Positions 18,632-26,977 of a stretch of DNA of 64,000 nucleotides are shown here, piece after piece. The DNA lies in the IMG/VR virus record IMGVR_UViG_3300028608_000006, positions 1 to 64,000 of that record. One strand, given 5' to 3'. Every line of letters starts with the position of its first letter. Positions within the stretch are counted from its first letter, which is position 1. The notes beneath the pieces were generated by a model. It made no database searches. It had not been told where the DNA came from and saw only the letters and a program-made list of their open reading frames with translations. The translations under genes and the position numbers were made by a program.

Positions 18632-19372
18632 CTAAGCGAATATGTGCTTAGCGTTTTGGTTAATGAGGTTCTTGATGAGTTCTTGGTTTTCAGCTATGAC
18701 GTTGAACTTATGAATTTCCTCTCGATACACCTCCTTAGCAACTTGGGATACTGCATTCCAGATGCTTCCTTTATAGCCGTAACGGCCGGTGAATTTAGCT
18801 GCTAATGAGTTCACCCACTCTTCAAGATCAATGGGGTCGTCATTATCAACCGCGCTTGGGTCTTTGTTCGCTTTGACAAAGACGGTTACCAGCTTGGCTG
18901 GATTCGGATACACGACATCGACAAGGGTCCTGACGTTGTGCACAAGAATGGTAATACGAGTACGGTCCGACAACTTCATGCTGTGCGGGTATACCGGTCG
19001 ACAGCTACGACTGATGAACCGCTCGTCAACGGCATTAAAGAACCCGGGTGCGTGTTGCTTTAAGAACGGGTAGGTTAAGCCAGGCGAAACTTCATAGGGG
19101 AACTCAGCGGAGTAAGCGTGTCCGGTTTCCATCAGGAAAACAATGGCATACGCGATGGATAGCTCGTCCTGAGTCAAGTCCTGTCGGCTCGAAAGCTGCC
19201 GAGTAAGCCTTATAGCATTGAGCAAAAACACATGGTCATAGTCGCCCATTTGAACTTGTCGCAGGTGCTGAAACGCCGCAATAACAAAGTTCATCGGAAG
19301 GTAAGGTCCGGTTATGGATAACAGTTCCGAGAAGGTCTCGAAGTCCTTTCGATCACTACTGGTCAGGGGCAT
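18632..19372 (-). CDS. hypothetical protein, possibly a degenerate HD-domain fold (246 aa)
   Basis: Start moved to ATG 19372 (GGGAG RBS); YDH.FL...RL..QL....AYAIVFLMETGH mimics an HD-domain helix pattern with ME in place of HD. Confidence 0.4.
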   Translation of the reverse strand: MPLTSSDRKDFETFSELLSITGPYLPMNFVIAAFQHLRQVQMGDYDHVFLLNAIRLTRQLSSRQDLTQDELSIAYAIVFLMETGHAYSAEFPYEVSPGLTYPFLKQHAPGFFNAVDERFISRSCRPVYPHSMKLSDRTRITILVHNVRTLVDVVYPNPAKLVTVFVKANKDPSAVDNDDPIDLEEWVNSLAAKFTGRYGYKGSIWNAVSQVAKEVYREEIHKFNVIAENQELIKNLINQNAKHIFA

Positions 19373-19430
19373 AGTAAATCTCCCACAAAAAAATAAGAGA
19401 AGAAGGGGAGGGGCGAAACCGCCCCACCTC

Positions 19431-19874
19431 TTAATCAACTTCGGTCATATTTTCAAACAGTTCGTAGTCGTCAAACTTTGAACGCATCGACTTGGGGTCG
19501 CAGTTCTCGTAAGACTTCTCAACACCACCAGACATGATTTGCAGGTAACCGGTTTTCGATCCCTGCTTGTCCATGAAGCCAATGTTGTAGAACTTATCTC
19601 CGTCCGTAACATACATCTCACGGCTCAGAGAACCTTCTTCCTTGGACATCCGACCGGAGGTGCCGAGGTTGTTGGAACGTTTCATGATGGTCACATCCGG
19701 TATATCCAGATTCTGGCCGTAGCTGAATGTGAACACATCAGTACCTGGGTTGTGCTCGACCAACACATGTTCCCCTTTAGGCAGGTCACATACGAAGACC
19801 ACTTCATTACTTGCTGCGTGTGCGGTACCCAGCATCAACGACACCAGTACGAACAGACCTGTTACATATTTCAT
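19431..19874 (-). CDS. predicted secreted/periplasmic protein
   Basis: Sec signal MKYVTGLFVLVSLMLGTAHA with an A-H-A cleavage site; two Cys in the mature part. Confidence 0.7.
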   Translation of the reverse strand: MKYVTGLFVLVSLMLGTAHAASNEVVFVCDLPKGEHVLVEHNPGTDVFTFSYGQNLDIPDVTIMKRSNNLGTSGRMSKEEGSLSREMYVTDGDKFYNIGFMDKQGSKTGYLQIMSGGVEKSYENCDPKSMRSKFDDYELFENMTEVD

Positions 19875-20233
19875 GCGTTAACTCCTTGTGGGATGCGTAG
19901 ATCCTTTCTTATTTGAAAGGTGGTTTTATTTACGAACTGTTGGAATTCCGGAATGCCTTCTTGTGCCACGCGAGCTGCGAGTGCATCAGCAAACAGAACG
20001 AAAGCCTTCAGGATATCGCTATCCCGAAACCACGCGTTGTCGAAGATGAGGAACTGATTCACCACAGGGCAAATAGTTCCAACCGTCTTGTCACCGCGGT
20101 GGATCAGAATGGTTGGAACCGCCGTTGTGAAACTCCAACCCTCGTGTTTAAAACTTACACTGAACCCACGTTTAGCTTGGGTGTTTACTTCCGTTGCCAA
20201 GGACATCAGGCAAGCGTGATGTGGTGCGAACAT
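19871..20233 (-). CDS. hypothetical protein (120 aa)
   Basis: AAGGAGG RBS; ATGA overlap with the downstream gene. Confidence 0.65.
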   Translation of the reverse strand: MFAPHHACLMSLATEVNTQAKRGFSVSFKHEGWSFTTAVPTILIHRGDKTVGTICPVVNQFLIFDNAWFRDSDILKAFVLFADALAARVAQEGIPEFQQFVNKTTFQIRKDLRIPQGVNA

Positions 20234-20245
20234 AAGGCCTCCTTA

Positions 20246-20575
20246 TCAAGCGGCGAGTTTACCGTTGAAGTCCATGCCAAAATTGAATGCCTTCTTGTGC
20301 ATAAAGAAGTCACCAGTCAGTTTCTTTACCGAACCAAATGTACGTTCCGACGGGGTGATGTAAACAGCACCGGTCCGCCAGAAGCCATCGGGGTCTTGAC
20401 GCGGGATAACAAAGCCAACAGCCTTGCCACCTTTAACAAACACATACAGCTCGTGGAAGTGACGGATCCAAGAGCTGACGTCGCCTAACCAACGATCCTG
20501 TTTGGATTCGTCAATCAGCCATTTGTCAGCTTCTTCGCCACGCCTAATGAAGCCAACTTCAGTCTTGTATTCCAT
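20246..20575 (-). CDS. GNAT-like acetyltransferase, possibly C-terminally truncated (109 aa)
   Basis: VGFVIPRQ...WRTGAVYITPSERTFG resembles GNAT motif A (Y..P..R..G). Confidence 0.45.
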   Translation of the reverse strand: MEYKTEVGFIRRGEEADKWLIDESKQDRWLGDVSSWIRHFHELYVFVKGGKAVGFVIPRQDPDGFWRTGAVYITPSERTFGSVKKLTGDFFMHKKAFNFGMDFNGKLAA

Positions 20576-20619
20576 GATTAATCTCCTGATTAGTTAAACT
20601 GCCTTTGATCCCAAAGGCA

Positions 20620-20673
20620 TTTGTATTGCTTACTAACCGGGTAATATAGGTCTGAGATCGAATGTAAGTTAAA
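20620..20673 (-). promoter_or_regulatory. early promoter cassette copy A (TATATTAC core at 20641-20648)
   Basis: 42/54 ungapped identity to 22238..22291. Confidence 0.75.
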
Positions 20674-20700
20674 TTCCGACAAAACAAATAAACCGTGTAA

Positions 20701-20731
20701 TAACCTCCTACCCGTAATGGGTAGGAGGTTA
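20701..20731. terminator. hairpin terminator
   Basis: TAACCTCCTACCC-gtaat-GGGTAGGAGGTTA, perfect 13-bp stem. Confidence 0.8.
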
Positions 20732-20741
20732 TACGGCTTAC

Positions 20742-21284
20742 TTAGTAGTGCGCGGTTGATTGGTGAGGAGGGCGATGCGCGTTACTGAACAGTTCCGCCT
20801 CTTCAGCCTTTTCCATTGCACGAGTCTTCACCCGACGATGGACAGCCATCACACGTTCCAGCCGGGCCATGTGGTTGCCGATGTTGTGCGAAGAGTTGTG
20901 CTGGCTTACTACCCGAGTCAGCACTTCCAACGTTACCAGATCACCGGCCGCAGCACCGATGAAGAAGTCGAGGGATTCCGGTGCGATCACATCGAGACTG
21001 AATGGACCGTGACCCAGCGGATACATCTCAGTGACGGCCACAACACCTACGCGCGTACCGACCATGATGATGCGACGCCCATCCTCGGCCTGCGACTTAC
21101 ACACTTCACCGATCTCCATCGGGTGATGGATGATGGCGAAGATGTATTTATCACCTTCGTCTTCCACAACCCAGTCTTCACTGAATGGAGTGAAGTCCAG
21201 AATCTTGGTGAGGGTGTTAGTGAATGCATCTTGCAGCTGGCGTTCGTTGAAAGCTTGTTGCTGTACTGCGGTCAAATCGTTCAT
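20742..21284 (-). CDS. hypothetical protein (180 aa)
   Basis: Clean ORF ending just before the hairpin. Confidence 0.65.
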   Translation of the reverse strand: MNDLTAVQQQAFNERQLQDAFTNTLTKILDFTPFSEDWVVEDEGDKYIFAIIHHPMEIGEVCKSQAEDGRRIIMVGTRVGVVAVTEMYPLGHGPFSLDVIAPESLDFFIGAAAGDLVTLEVLTRVVSQHNSSHNIGNHMARLERVMAVHRRVKTRAMEKAEEAELFSNAHRPPHQSTAHY

Positions 21285-21326
21285 GCCGTCAAATCCTGTA
21301 CAAGAGTGTAAGAGTGTTAGGGAGGA

Positions 21327-21713
21327 TTAGAACTTTACAACATTGGTCAGTTGACCGCTGCTGAATGGGAAACCTGCTTGCTCGGCGTTGTATTGCTCAA
21401 CGCCGTCTTCTACTGGAGCACCGTGCAGCTCGATGGTGCCGCCTACCGAATTGGTAGACAGGTGAACACCACCACGGGTATCCATGTAAACCGAGTTCAA
21501 GCAGAAGTAACGCGCATCGATCAGGGCAACAACAGTTTGCTTGTCGCCTTTCTCGATGGTGGCCAGACCCCACAGCTGCATGGTCTTGCCGGCGCCGTGG
21601 TCATCGGCGACCAAACCATTAACAGCTTCAGCCGCCGCATAGATCAACGCATTACCTACTTTCAGGTTAGGGTTGGTAGCAACAGATACAACAGCAACGT
21701 TTGCATTAGTCAT
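21327..21713 (-). CDS. hypothetical protein (128 aa)
   Basis: AAGGA RBS, operonic. Confidence 0.65.
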   Translation of the reverse strand: MTNANVAVVSVATNPNLKVGNALIYAAAEAVNGLVADDHGAGKTMQLWGLATIEKGDKQTVVALIDARYFCLNSVYMDTRGGVHLSTNSVGGTIELHGAPVEDGVEQYNAEQAGFPFSSGQLTNVVKF

Positions 21714-21751
21714 GATTCAATTCCTTGTATTTCAGGGTAGGTAGTTTGTTA

Positions 21752-22072
21752 TCAGTTTGTAGCGTCGTCTAACGCTTTGGTCAGACGTTCGATCACTTTG
21801 TTAACATCGGCGGTTTCGTAGATAACGAATAGCCCGCCCGGAGCGATGTCGCTATCAGCCCATGGATTGTCCGTTTCGAGGGGAAAGGAATTTCCAGTGA
21901 TACCCATGTCGATATCGAACAGTTCCTCATGCCCAGCGCCAGATGCATCGGAAAGATGCTGGACCGTGGCACCAGGACCCTTGATAAGCATTTCGTACAG
22001 ACCCAGTGGATACCGGGTAAACACTGTGCCCTCTGGGAGGGATTGCAGTACATCCATACCAACTACTTTCAT
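21752..22072 (-). CDS. hypothetical protein (106 aa)
   Basis: AAGGA RBS, operonic. Confidence 0.6.
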   Translation of the reverse strand: MKVVGMDVLQSLPEGTVFTRYPLGLYEMLIKGPGATVQHLSDASGAGHEELFDIDMGITGNSFPLETDNPWADSDIAPGGLFVIYETADVNKVIERLTKALDDATN

Positions 22073-22085
22073 GTTCGGTTCCTTG

Positions 22086-22223
22086 TTAGCGGGAAGTCAA
22101 TGCGTTGCTAATACCGTTAGAGATGTATTGCGAACTCGTCCCGGCGTCAGTACCGGAGCAAGCTGCACAAATCCCAACGATAGCAATAACGAGACCGATG
22201 AGTGTAAGTGCTTTCATTTGCAT
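22086..22223 (-). CDS. small predicted lipoprotein/membrane peptide (45 aa), not in ORF track
   Basis: My translation MQMKALTLIGLVIAIVGICAACSGTDAGTSSQYISNGISNALTSR; TAGGAG RBS; first gene after an early promoter. Confidence 0.6.
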   Translation of the reverse strand: MQMKALTLIGLVIAIVGICAACSGTDAGTSSQYISNGISNALTSR

Positions 22224-22237
22224 GCTCCTAAAAGTTA

Positions 22238-22291
22238 TTTGTATTACTTACTGAAATGGTAATATAGACTTGAAACTTAATGTAAGTTAAA
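22238..22291 (-). promoter_or_regulatory. early promoter cassette copy B (TATATTAC core at 22259-22266)
   Basis: Minus strand TTTCAAGTCTATATTAC; near-duplicate of 20620..20673. Confidence 0.75.
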
Positions 22292-22313
22292 AAGAAAGAA
22301 AGCAAACATAACC

Positions 22314-22345
22314 CTATCCCCAGCACCCGAAGGCACTGGGGATAG
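22314..22345. terminator. hairpin terminator
   Basis: CTATCCCCAG...CTGGGGATAG. Confidence 0.7.
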
Positions 22346-22352
22346 TAACGGG

Positions 22353-22526
22353 TTACTTCTTGGGTACAGACAAGTCCATGCCGAACTCGAAATGCTTCGG
22401 TGGTTCAGCAGGCTTGATGATACCCTGAGACTTGCTCAGGTAAGACGGGCGTTCTGGAGGAACAGTCTCATGGCGACGACCGAGTCCTTCCAACAGTTTA
22501 GGATCAATAACAACGTCGTTGCTCAT
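22353..22526 (-). CDS. small hypothetical protein (57 aa), not in ORF track
   Basis: MSNDVVIDPKLLEGLGRR...HFEFGMDLSVPKK; AGGAG RBS; fills the gap before the hairpin. Confidence 0.6.
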   Translation of the reverse strand: MSNDVVIDPKLLEGLGRRHETVPPERPSYLSKSQGIIKPAEPPKHFEFGMDLSVPKK

Positions 22527-22540
22527 GACACTTCTCCTGG

Positions 22541-23152
22541 TTACGGAAACACTTTCTTGCGGAAGTCGCTGCCGATCTTCAGCTCATTAACTTCCCTAAC
22601 GATGATTTGGCCACCTTCAGGATACAGCATGAGATGAGGAACATTAGCAGCATACTTGTTGTAGCCATACTGGAAGTCCTCGCGTTGGCTGGCGGCTATA
22701 AAGCAGGAAGCAGTGATCCCGGTGTTTTTACTGATTTGGATTTTCAACCGGGTCCGGGATCGACCTGCCTCACCAGCTTTTAATGTTTCGCCGGCAATCA
22801 GGTTCTCCCACTTCCTCAGGAGAGCTGGGTCATCGTCCACCCAATTATGCTCTTCACTGAACTCATCCAACAGCTTGGTCTTCATCAAGCTTTCAACGAC
22901 GTGGAAACGGATACCGTCATCCAGTTCATTGACATCAATGATGTGCTCGTAAATGCGGTGACCGGAATACCAGAAGGGATGACCCTTGCTGAAAACCTCC
23001 GGCATGATCTTCGACGGAATCGGATCAAAGAAGAAGGAGATGTGGTCCATGTAATCTTCGGATACTTTAACGCCCTCCAAAGGTTTAGACCCAGAAGCGC
23101 GTCGAGTTAGGAGGACGTCGTACTGGGCGTCGGAATAGTGATACAGTTTCAT
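22541..23152 (-). CDS. hypothetical protein (203 aa), possible ADP-ribosyltransferase-like fold
   Basis: Starts MKLYHYS and has a later ISFFFDP strand; weak ART-fold resemblance only. Confidence 0.5.
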   Translation of the reverse strand: MKLYHYSDAQYDVLLTRRASGSKPLEGVKVSEDYMDHISFFFDPIPSKIMPEVFSKGHPFWYSGHRIYEHIIDVNELDDGIRFHVVESLMKTKLLDEFSEEHNWVDDDPALLRKWENLIAGETLKAGEAGRSRTRLKIQISKNTGITASCFIAASQREDFQYGYNKYAANVPHLMLYPEGGQIIVREVNELKIGSDFRKKVFP

Positions 23153-23168
23153 GGTGTACTTGCTCGAA

Positions 23169-23825
23169 TTAGGTTGTCGGTCGTGGGATCATGAGGTTCT
23201 TGATCTTCATCAGGGTAGGGAGCATTTGCGCGAACACTTGATCACGCGGTTGGTTGGCGTCGACTACAAGGTAAGACTCGGGTTTCGCCTTCGCTTGGTC
23301 CAGGTAGGCCTCACGAGCGCGCTCATAGAACGGAAGCCCGAGCTTGTCGTACTTGTTCACCTCGTCGCGATCTTCGCTCTGCATGCGCTCTAGGAAGGTC
23401 TCAGGAGGACCGTCCATCAACAGCGTCATATCAGGGTACATGCCGATCGCCAACTCGTGAATACCACGCAGGGTCTTTTGATCAACACCCATGCCAGCGC
23501 CTTGATAAGCGATAGTGGTGTCGAAGAAGCGGTCACACAGAACAACCTTACCTGCTTCCAATGCGGGACGTATCTTCAAAGCGACATGCTGAGCACGAGC
23601 AGCGTTAAACAACAGCATCGCTGCAACAGGATCAACATCTTCCTGAACACCTTCAAAGCCGTGACGCAGACCTAGGCGGATGAATTCAGCCAGATCAGTG
23701 CCACCGGGCTCACGGGTAACAACGTGCGGTACTTTTGCTTCATCAAACCAGCGACTGATGCGAGTCACCGTGCCAGACTTACCAGCGCCATCAATCCCAT
23801 CAACTACAAGTAGCAGGCCCTTCAT
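23169..23825 (-). CDS. tmk: thymidylate kinase
   Basis: DGIDGAGKS P-loop, TREPGGT, IRPALEAGKVVLCDRF, AYQG motifs. Confidence 0.93.
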   Translation of the reverse strand: MKGLLLVVDGIDGAGKSGTVTRISRWFDEAKVPHVVTREPGGTDLAEFIRLGLRHGFEGVQEDVDPVAAMLLFNAARAQHVALKIRPALEAGKVVLCDRFFDTTIAYQGAGMGVDQKTLRGIHELAIGMYPDMTLLMDGPPETFLERMQSEDRDEVNKYDKLGLPFYERAREAYLDQAKAKPESYLVVDANQPRDQVFAQMLPTLMKIKNLMIPRPTT

Positions 23826-24813
23826 GCTCTTTCCTCTTTGCTTCGCGGAGTTCTTCTTTTGTCGGCAATTTCGCCATCAATTGAGCCGACCTAATAAGAT
23901 CGCTGACTCGGTTAGTAATGTCGTTTTTGATAGCGCTTACGTCACGAGGACGAATGAGAGTACGACCTTTACAGAAGAAGGGAGCTACAAGGTTCAGTAT
24001 TTCACGAGTATGAGGTGTATCTTCGAGCTCAACATCCTGAGGAAGGAGAGTACCAGAACAGTAACGGCCCAGCCAGCTGGCCTCTTCAATGTTGAAAACG
24101 TATTCCCTCTGCGAAGGAATGCCCGCCGCTTTCCACTCATCCACCTTGTGTTCAAAAGGAACGTGGGTGACAGTTAGGTTAGACCAGTTGATATACCCCG
24201 TGCCGTTAGGAATGAGGAGTGGTTTCACTTCATCAATGATCGAGTCGTAAATCACACTCTTTGGCATGTCCCACAGCGGAGCACGGAATTCAATCCCGAT
24301 GTTGTCAGCGTTGCTCAGAGGACCGATGATCTTAGGCAACTTCAACAGCTGCTGGTATTCATCTTCCGTGAAGTCGACTTCGTTAAACGAGGTTTCCGCA
24401 GCGTCCTGTTTAATCCAACCGATCCAGCACGACGGAATGCTGGTGTCCATGTATTCCCGACGGATCATCAGCATACCCAAGACAGCGGCGAACTGTTGAG
24501 TCACGTCAAAGGTGACCACTGACCTGAACTTGTCCTGACGTGTTGGGAAAGGACAAACTGGCATGTGCATGATGTCATTGATCTTACCCTTGAACCTCTG
24601 TTTGGCTCTGGGTAGATACTCCTGGTCATCAAAGATCTTTTCATTGAACACCTTGATGATCTTCTCCATGGCAAGAATCTCACCAATACGGGTGTCCAGA
24701 CTGTTATTCACGTTGATCATGCAGATGTTGACCTTGAATCCCCGTTCCAACGCCATCTGCAACAAGTAGACCGATTCGACCCCGCCACTGAATGCAATAT
24801 TGACTGTTGTCAT
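23800..24813 (-). CDS. PP-loop (adenine nucleotide alpha-hydrolase, QueC-like) protein
   Basis: N-terminal IAFSGGVES matches the SGGxDS PP-loop; no C-terminal QueC Zn-Cys cluster. Confidence 0.55.
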   Translation of the reverse strand: MTTVNIAFSGGVESVYLLQMALERGFKVNICMINVNNSLDTRIGEILAMEKIIKVFNEKIFDDQEYLPRAKQRFKGKINDIMHMPVCPFPTRQDKFRSVVTFDVTQQFAAVLGMLMIRREYMDTSIPSCWIGWIKQDAAETSFNEVDFTEDEYQQLLKLPKIIGPLSNADNIGIEFRAPLWDMPKSVIYDSIIDEVKPLLIPNGTGYINWSNLTVTHVPFEHKVDEWKAAGIPSQREYVFNIEEASWLGRYCSGTLLPQDVELEDTPHTREILNLVAPFFCKGRTLIRPRDVSAIKNDITNRVSDLIRSAQLMAKLPTKEELREAKRKEHEGPATCS

Positions 24814-24971
24814 TTCTTCATGATCTCCACTACCTTGTCCTGCATGATGTCAAAGCCCCCTGACACCATAATCGAAAGAATGATTACAACGAATATTAAC
24901 GAACTCCATTCAAGGAGCAGCCAACGAAATTTAGGTGGCTTGTAGCCAGGCGGTTTATTAATCACGTCCAT
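24810..24971 (-). CDS. small single-pass membrane protein (53 aa), not in ORF track
   Basis: MDVINKPPGYKPPKFRWLLLEWSSLIFVVIILSIMVSGGFDIMQDKVVEIMKK; ATGA overlap with the next gene. Confidence 0.6.
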   Translation of the reverse strand: MDVINKPPGYKPPKFRWLLLEWSSLIFVVIILSIMVSGGFDIMQDKVVEIMKK

Positions 24972-24989
24972 CCCCAATCAAAAATAACC

Positions 24990-25013
24990 CCCTCCCCACC
25001 GAAGCAGGGAGGG
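24990..25013. terminator. short hairpin, possible terminator
   Basis: CCCTCCC...GGGAGGG preceded by ATAACC; T-tract on minus strand. Confidence 0.5.
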
Positions 25014-25026
25014 AATTGAACAACAG

Positions 25027-25872
25027 TTACGCAGTAGCTTCGGCTGGAGCGCCCTGTGTGGACATCAACAGCTTGTGGAAGGTGTTCAGGATGTAGGCTT
25101 CCAGCGCCTTGGCCTGATCCACGATCATCTTCGACCATGGCTCGAACGGCACTTCAGGATCGTTGAACATGGCGTTGTTTTGCAGTTCGTCAACCCCAGC
25201 CCATGCAACGGCTTCGTTCTGCGGTTCGCGCATTTGGAACGAGGCGACGTCGTTTGGAGCTTCCAGTGCGTAGACCACGCCGAAGTGGATGTTGCCCACG
25301 TAACCAGGTTCCGGCTGGCTGTCCATTACGAAACCGACCTTCTGGAAACCAGTAGCGTTGGCCGCACCCAGGAGTGCTTCGGTCATGTCGTGGTTTTCAC
25401 GGCTGGCCAGTTCGACTTCTTCGCCGTATTCGCGGATGTAGGAGTCGTCGATGGTTTCCAGCATGTCGATGGCTTGGGTTGGGATGATCTCGTCGTTGTC
25501 TTTGATGACGTGGTACGAAACGTCGTCACCCTCGATGTGACCACCGGCGCCCAGGGACAGCTTGGAGCTCAGCTGACCTTCGTTATTACGCTTGTTGCGT
25601 TTGTACACCGCGAACAACAGACGAGGAGCGCCTGGTACCGTGAAGTCAACCCGGTAGGTCAGACCGTAAGCAATACCTTGACGCAGGAGTTCCAGTGCGT
25701 GGTTCAGAGCTCGTACAGAGCCCATGACGCCACCGTCCAGTTGACGAAGTGCTTCGTTCAAGGGCTCTTGTTCCATGATCGTGAAAGCGTTATCAGGAGC
25801 AACGCGAGCCAGTACGTCCTTGTGAACGCCGTAGGTGAATTCGGAGTTTTTGGCGAGAGCTTTAAGAAACAT
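25027..25872 (-). CDS. NUDIX-superfamily phosphoesterase (COG4112/YmaB-like)
   Basis: EGQLSSKLSLGAGGHIE...REYGEEV...VGNIHFGVVY motifs. Confidence 0.7.
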   Translation of the reverse strand: MFLKALAKNSEFTYGVHKDVLARVAPDNAFTIMEQEPLNEALRQLDGGVMGSVRALNHALELLRQGIAYGLTYRVDFTVPGAPRLLFAVYKRNKRNNEGQLSSKLSLGAGGHIEGDDVSYHVIKDNDEIIPTQAIDMLETIDDSYIREYGEEVELASRENHDMTEALLGAANATGFQKVGFVMDSQPEPGYVGNIHFGVVYALEAPNDVASFQMREPQNEAVAWAGVDELQNNAMFNDPEVPFEPWSKMIVDQAKALEAYILNTFHKLLMSTQGAPAEATA

Positions 25873-25885
25873 GAAATATCCTTAA

Positions 25886-26977
25886 TTAACGGGATTGATT
25901 AAGTTGTTCGATCTTTGACAGGCCGTAGGTGTGGGCTTCGTCCCAGGACATATTGCGGCTGTAGCGCATATGGATAACATACCCCAGTGAGAGCTTACCG
26001 TCAGAGGTCTGTATCTCAAAGGGCACACACTCCCGATCGGCTTGAGAACGGTACTTCCCGTAACCCAATCGCTCAAGAAGAAAAACCCGCTGCACGGTTG
26101 CAGAACCCACATCAGGGCCTTCGCCACCAGGCTGTTTACGCTTCCACACCACCCATGGATTATCGACGTAGCCCCTTTGATCGTGACCAAACGGACTAGG
26201 TTCATCTTTGTCCGGGATATAATGACCTAGGTCAGCGAGGGTTGACTGCATTGTGTTACCCATGACCAACCTGTCTTCGGTGTCGATGACGTTGGGTACC
26301 AACCTCGCATGCTGAGGGTAGATCTGTTCCAGTTCTTGTGCCGATCGCTTGGAGTCAATCACGAACTCTTCAGGCGACATCTCCTGCAACTGGATAAGGC
26401 GCTGAAGATACTCAGCGTATTTCTTATCGTCAGCAAAGGTCATGCGAAGCTTCACTTCCAGAGAGCGGACATAATCGTCCTCTGTCAGACTAGCGCGTAG
26501 CTTACCAAGCTGTGTTGGTTCACCCTCCCGCAGTTTGCTAAGAGTTGCGCTCAGGCTGATGCGACGCATCATTCGGCTGATCAAGCCACCCTTTCCTTCT
26601 GCGAGTTCAAGCAGGTTACCTTTACCATCGTGGAAAAGCTCTGGCTCACCAGTAGGGGGTCTGCGGGCTTCCAGCAAGGTGATGATCTCGGTAAGAATCC
26701 CCTCTACAAACTGGGAGTCGTAATTGCTCGCTTCACCGGTCCACACGACAGAACCCGAACGCAGGTGGCAGATACGAGTGAATCCATTACCGCCACCCAT
26801 CATGCCTGGAAGGATACGGGACAAGTCACCGCCGTTCTCACAGATGGAGATCAGCTGCGTAGTCTTGTCGAAGAATGCGATGTACTTTTTATCGAGTGTA
26901 ATGTAGGGTAACAAATGACATTCAAACAAACCCAGTTCTTTCAACCGGTTCAACAACTTAGGAATCAGACTTTCCAT
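25886..26977 (-). CDS. hypothetical protein (363 aa)
   Basis: AAGGAG RBS before ATG 26977. Confidence 0.65.
   Translation of the reverse strand: MESLIPKLLNRLKELGLFECHLLPYITLDKKYIAFFDKTTQLISICENGGDLSRILPGMMGGGNGFTRICHLRSGSVVWTGEASNYDSQFVEGILTEIITLLEARRPPTGEPELFHDGKGNLLELAEGKGGLISRMMRRISLSATLSKLREGEPTQLGKLRASLTEDDYVRSLEVKLRMTFADDKKYAEYLQRLIQLQEMSPEEFVIDSKRSAQELEQIYPQHARLVPNVIDTEDRLVMGNTMQSTLADLGHYIPDKDEPSPFGHDQRGYVDNPWVVWKRKQPGGEGPDVGSATVQRVFLLERLGYGKYRSQADRECVPFEIQTSDGKLSLGYVIHMRYSRNMSWDEAHTYGLSKIEQLNQSR

Noticed and set aside
23800-24813. Calling the PP-loop protein QueC and inferring 7-deazaguanine DNA modification
   Set aside because: It lacks the QueC C-terminal Zn-Cys motif, and no QueD/QueE/FolE/DpdA gene is visible in the window.
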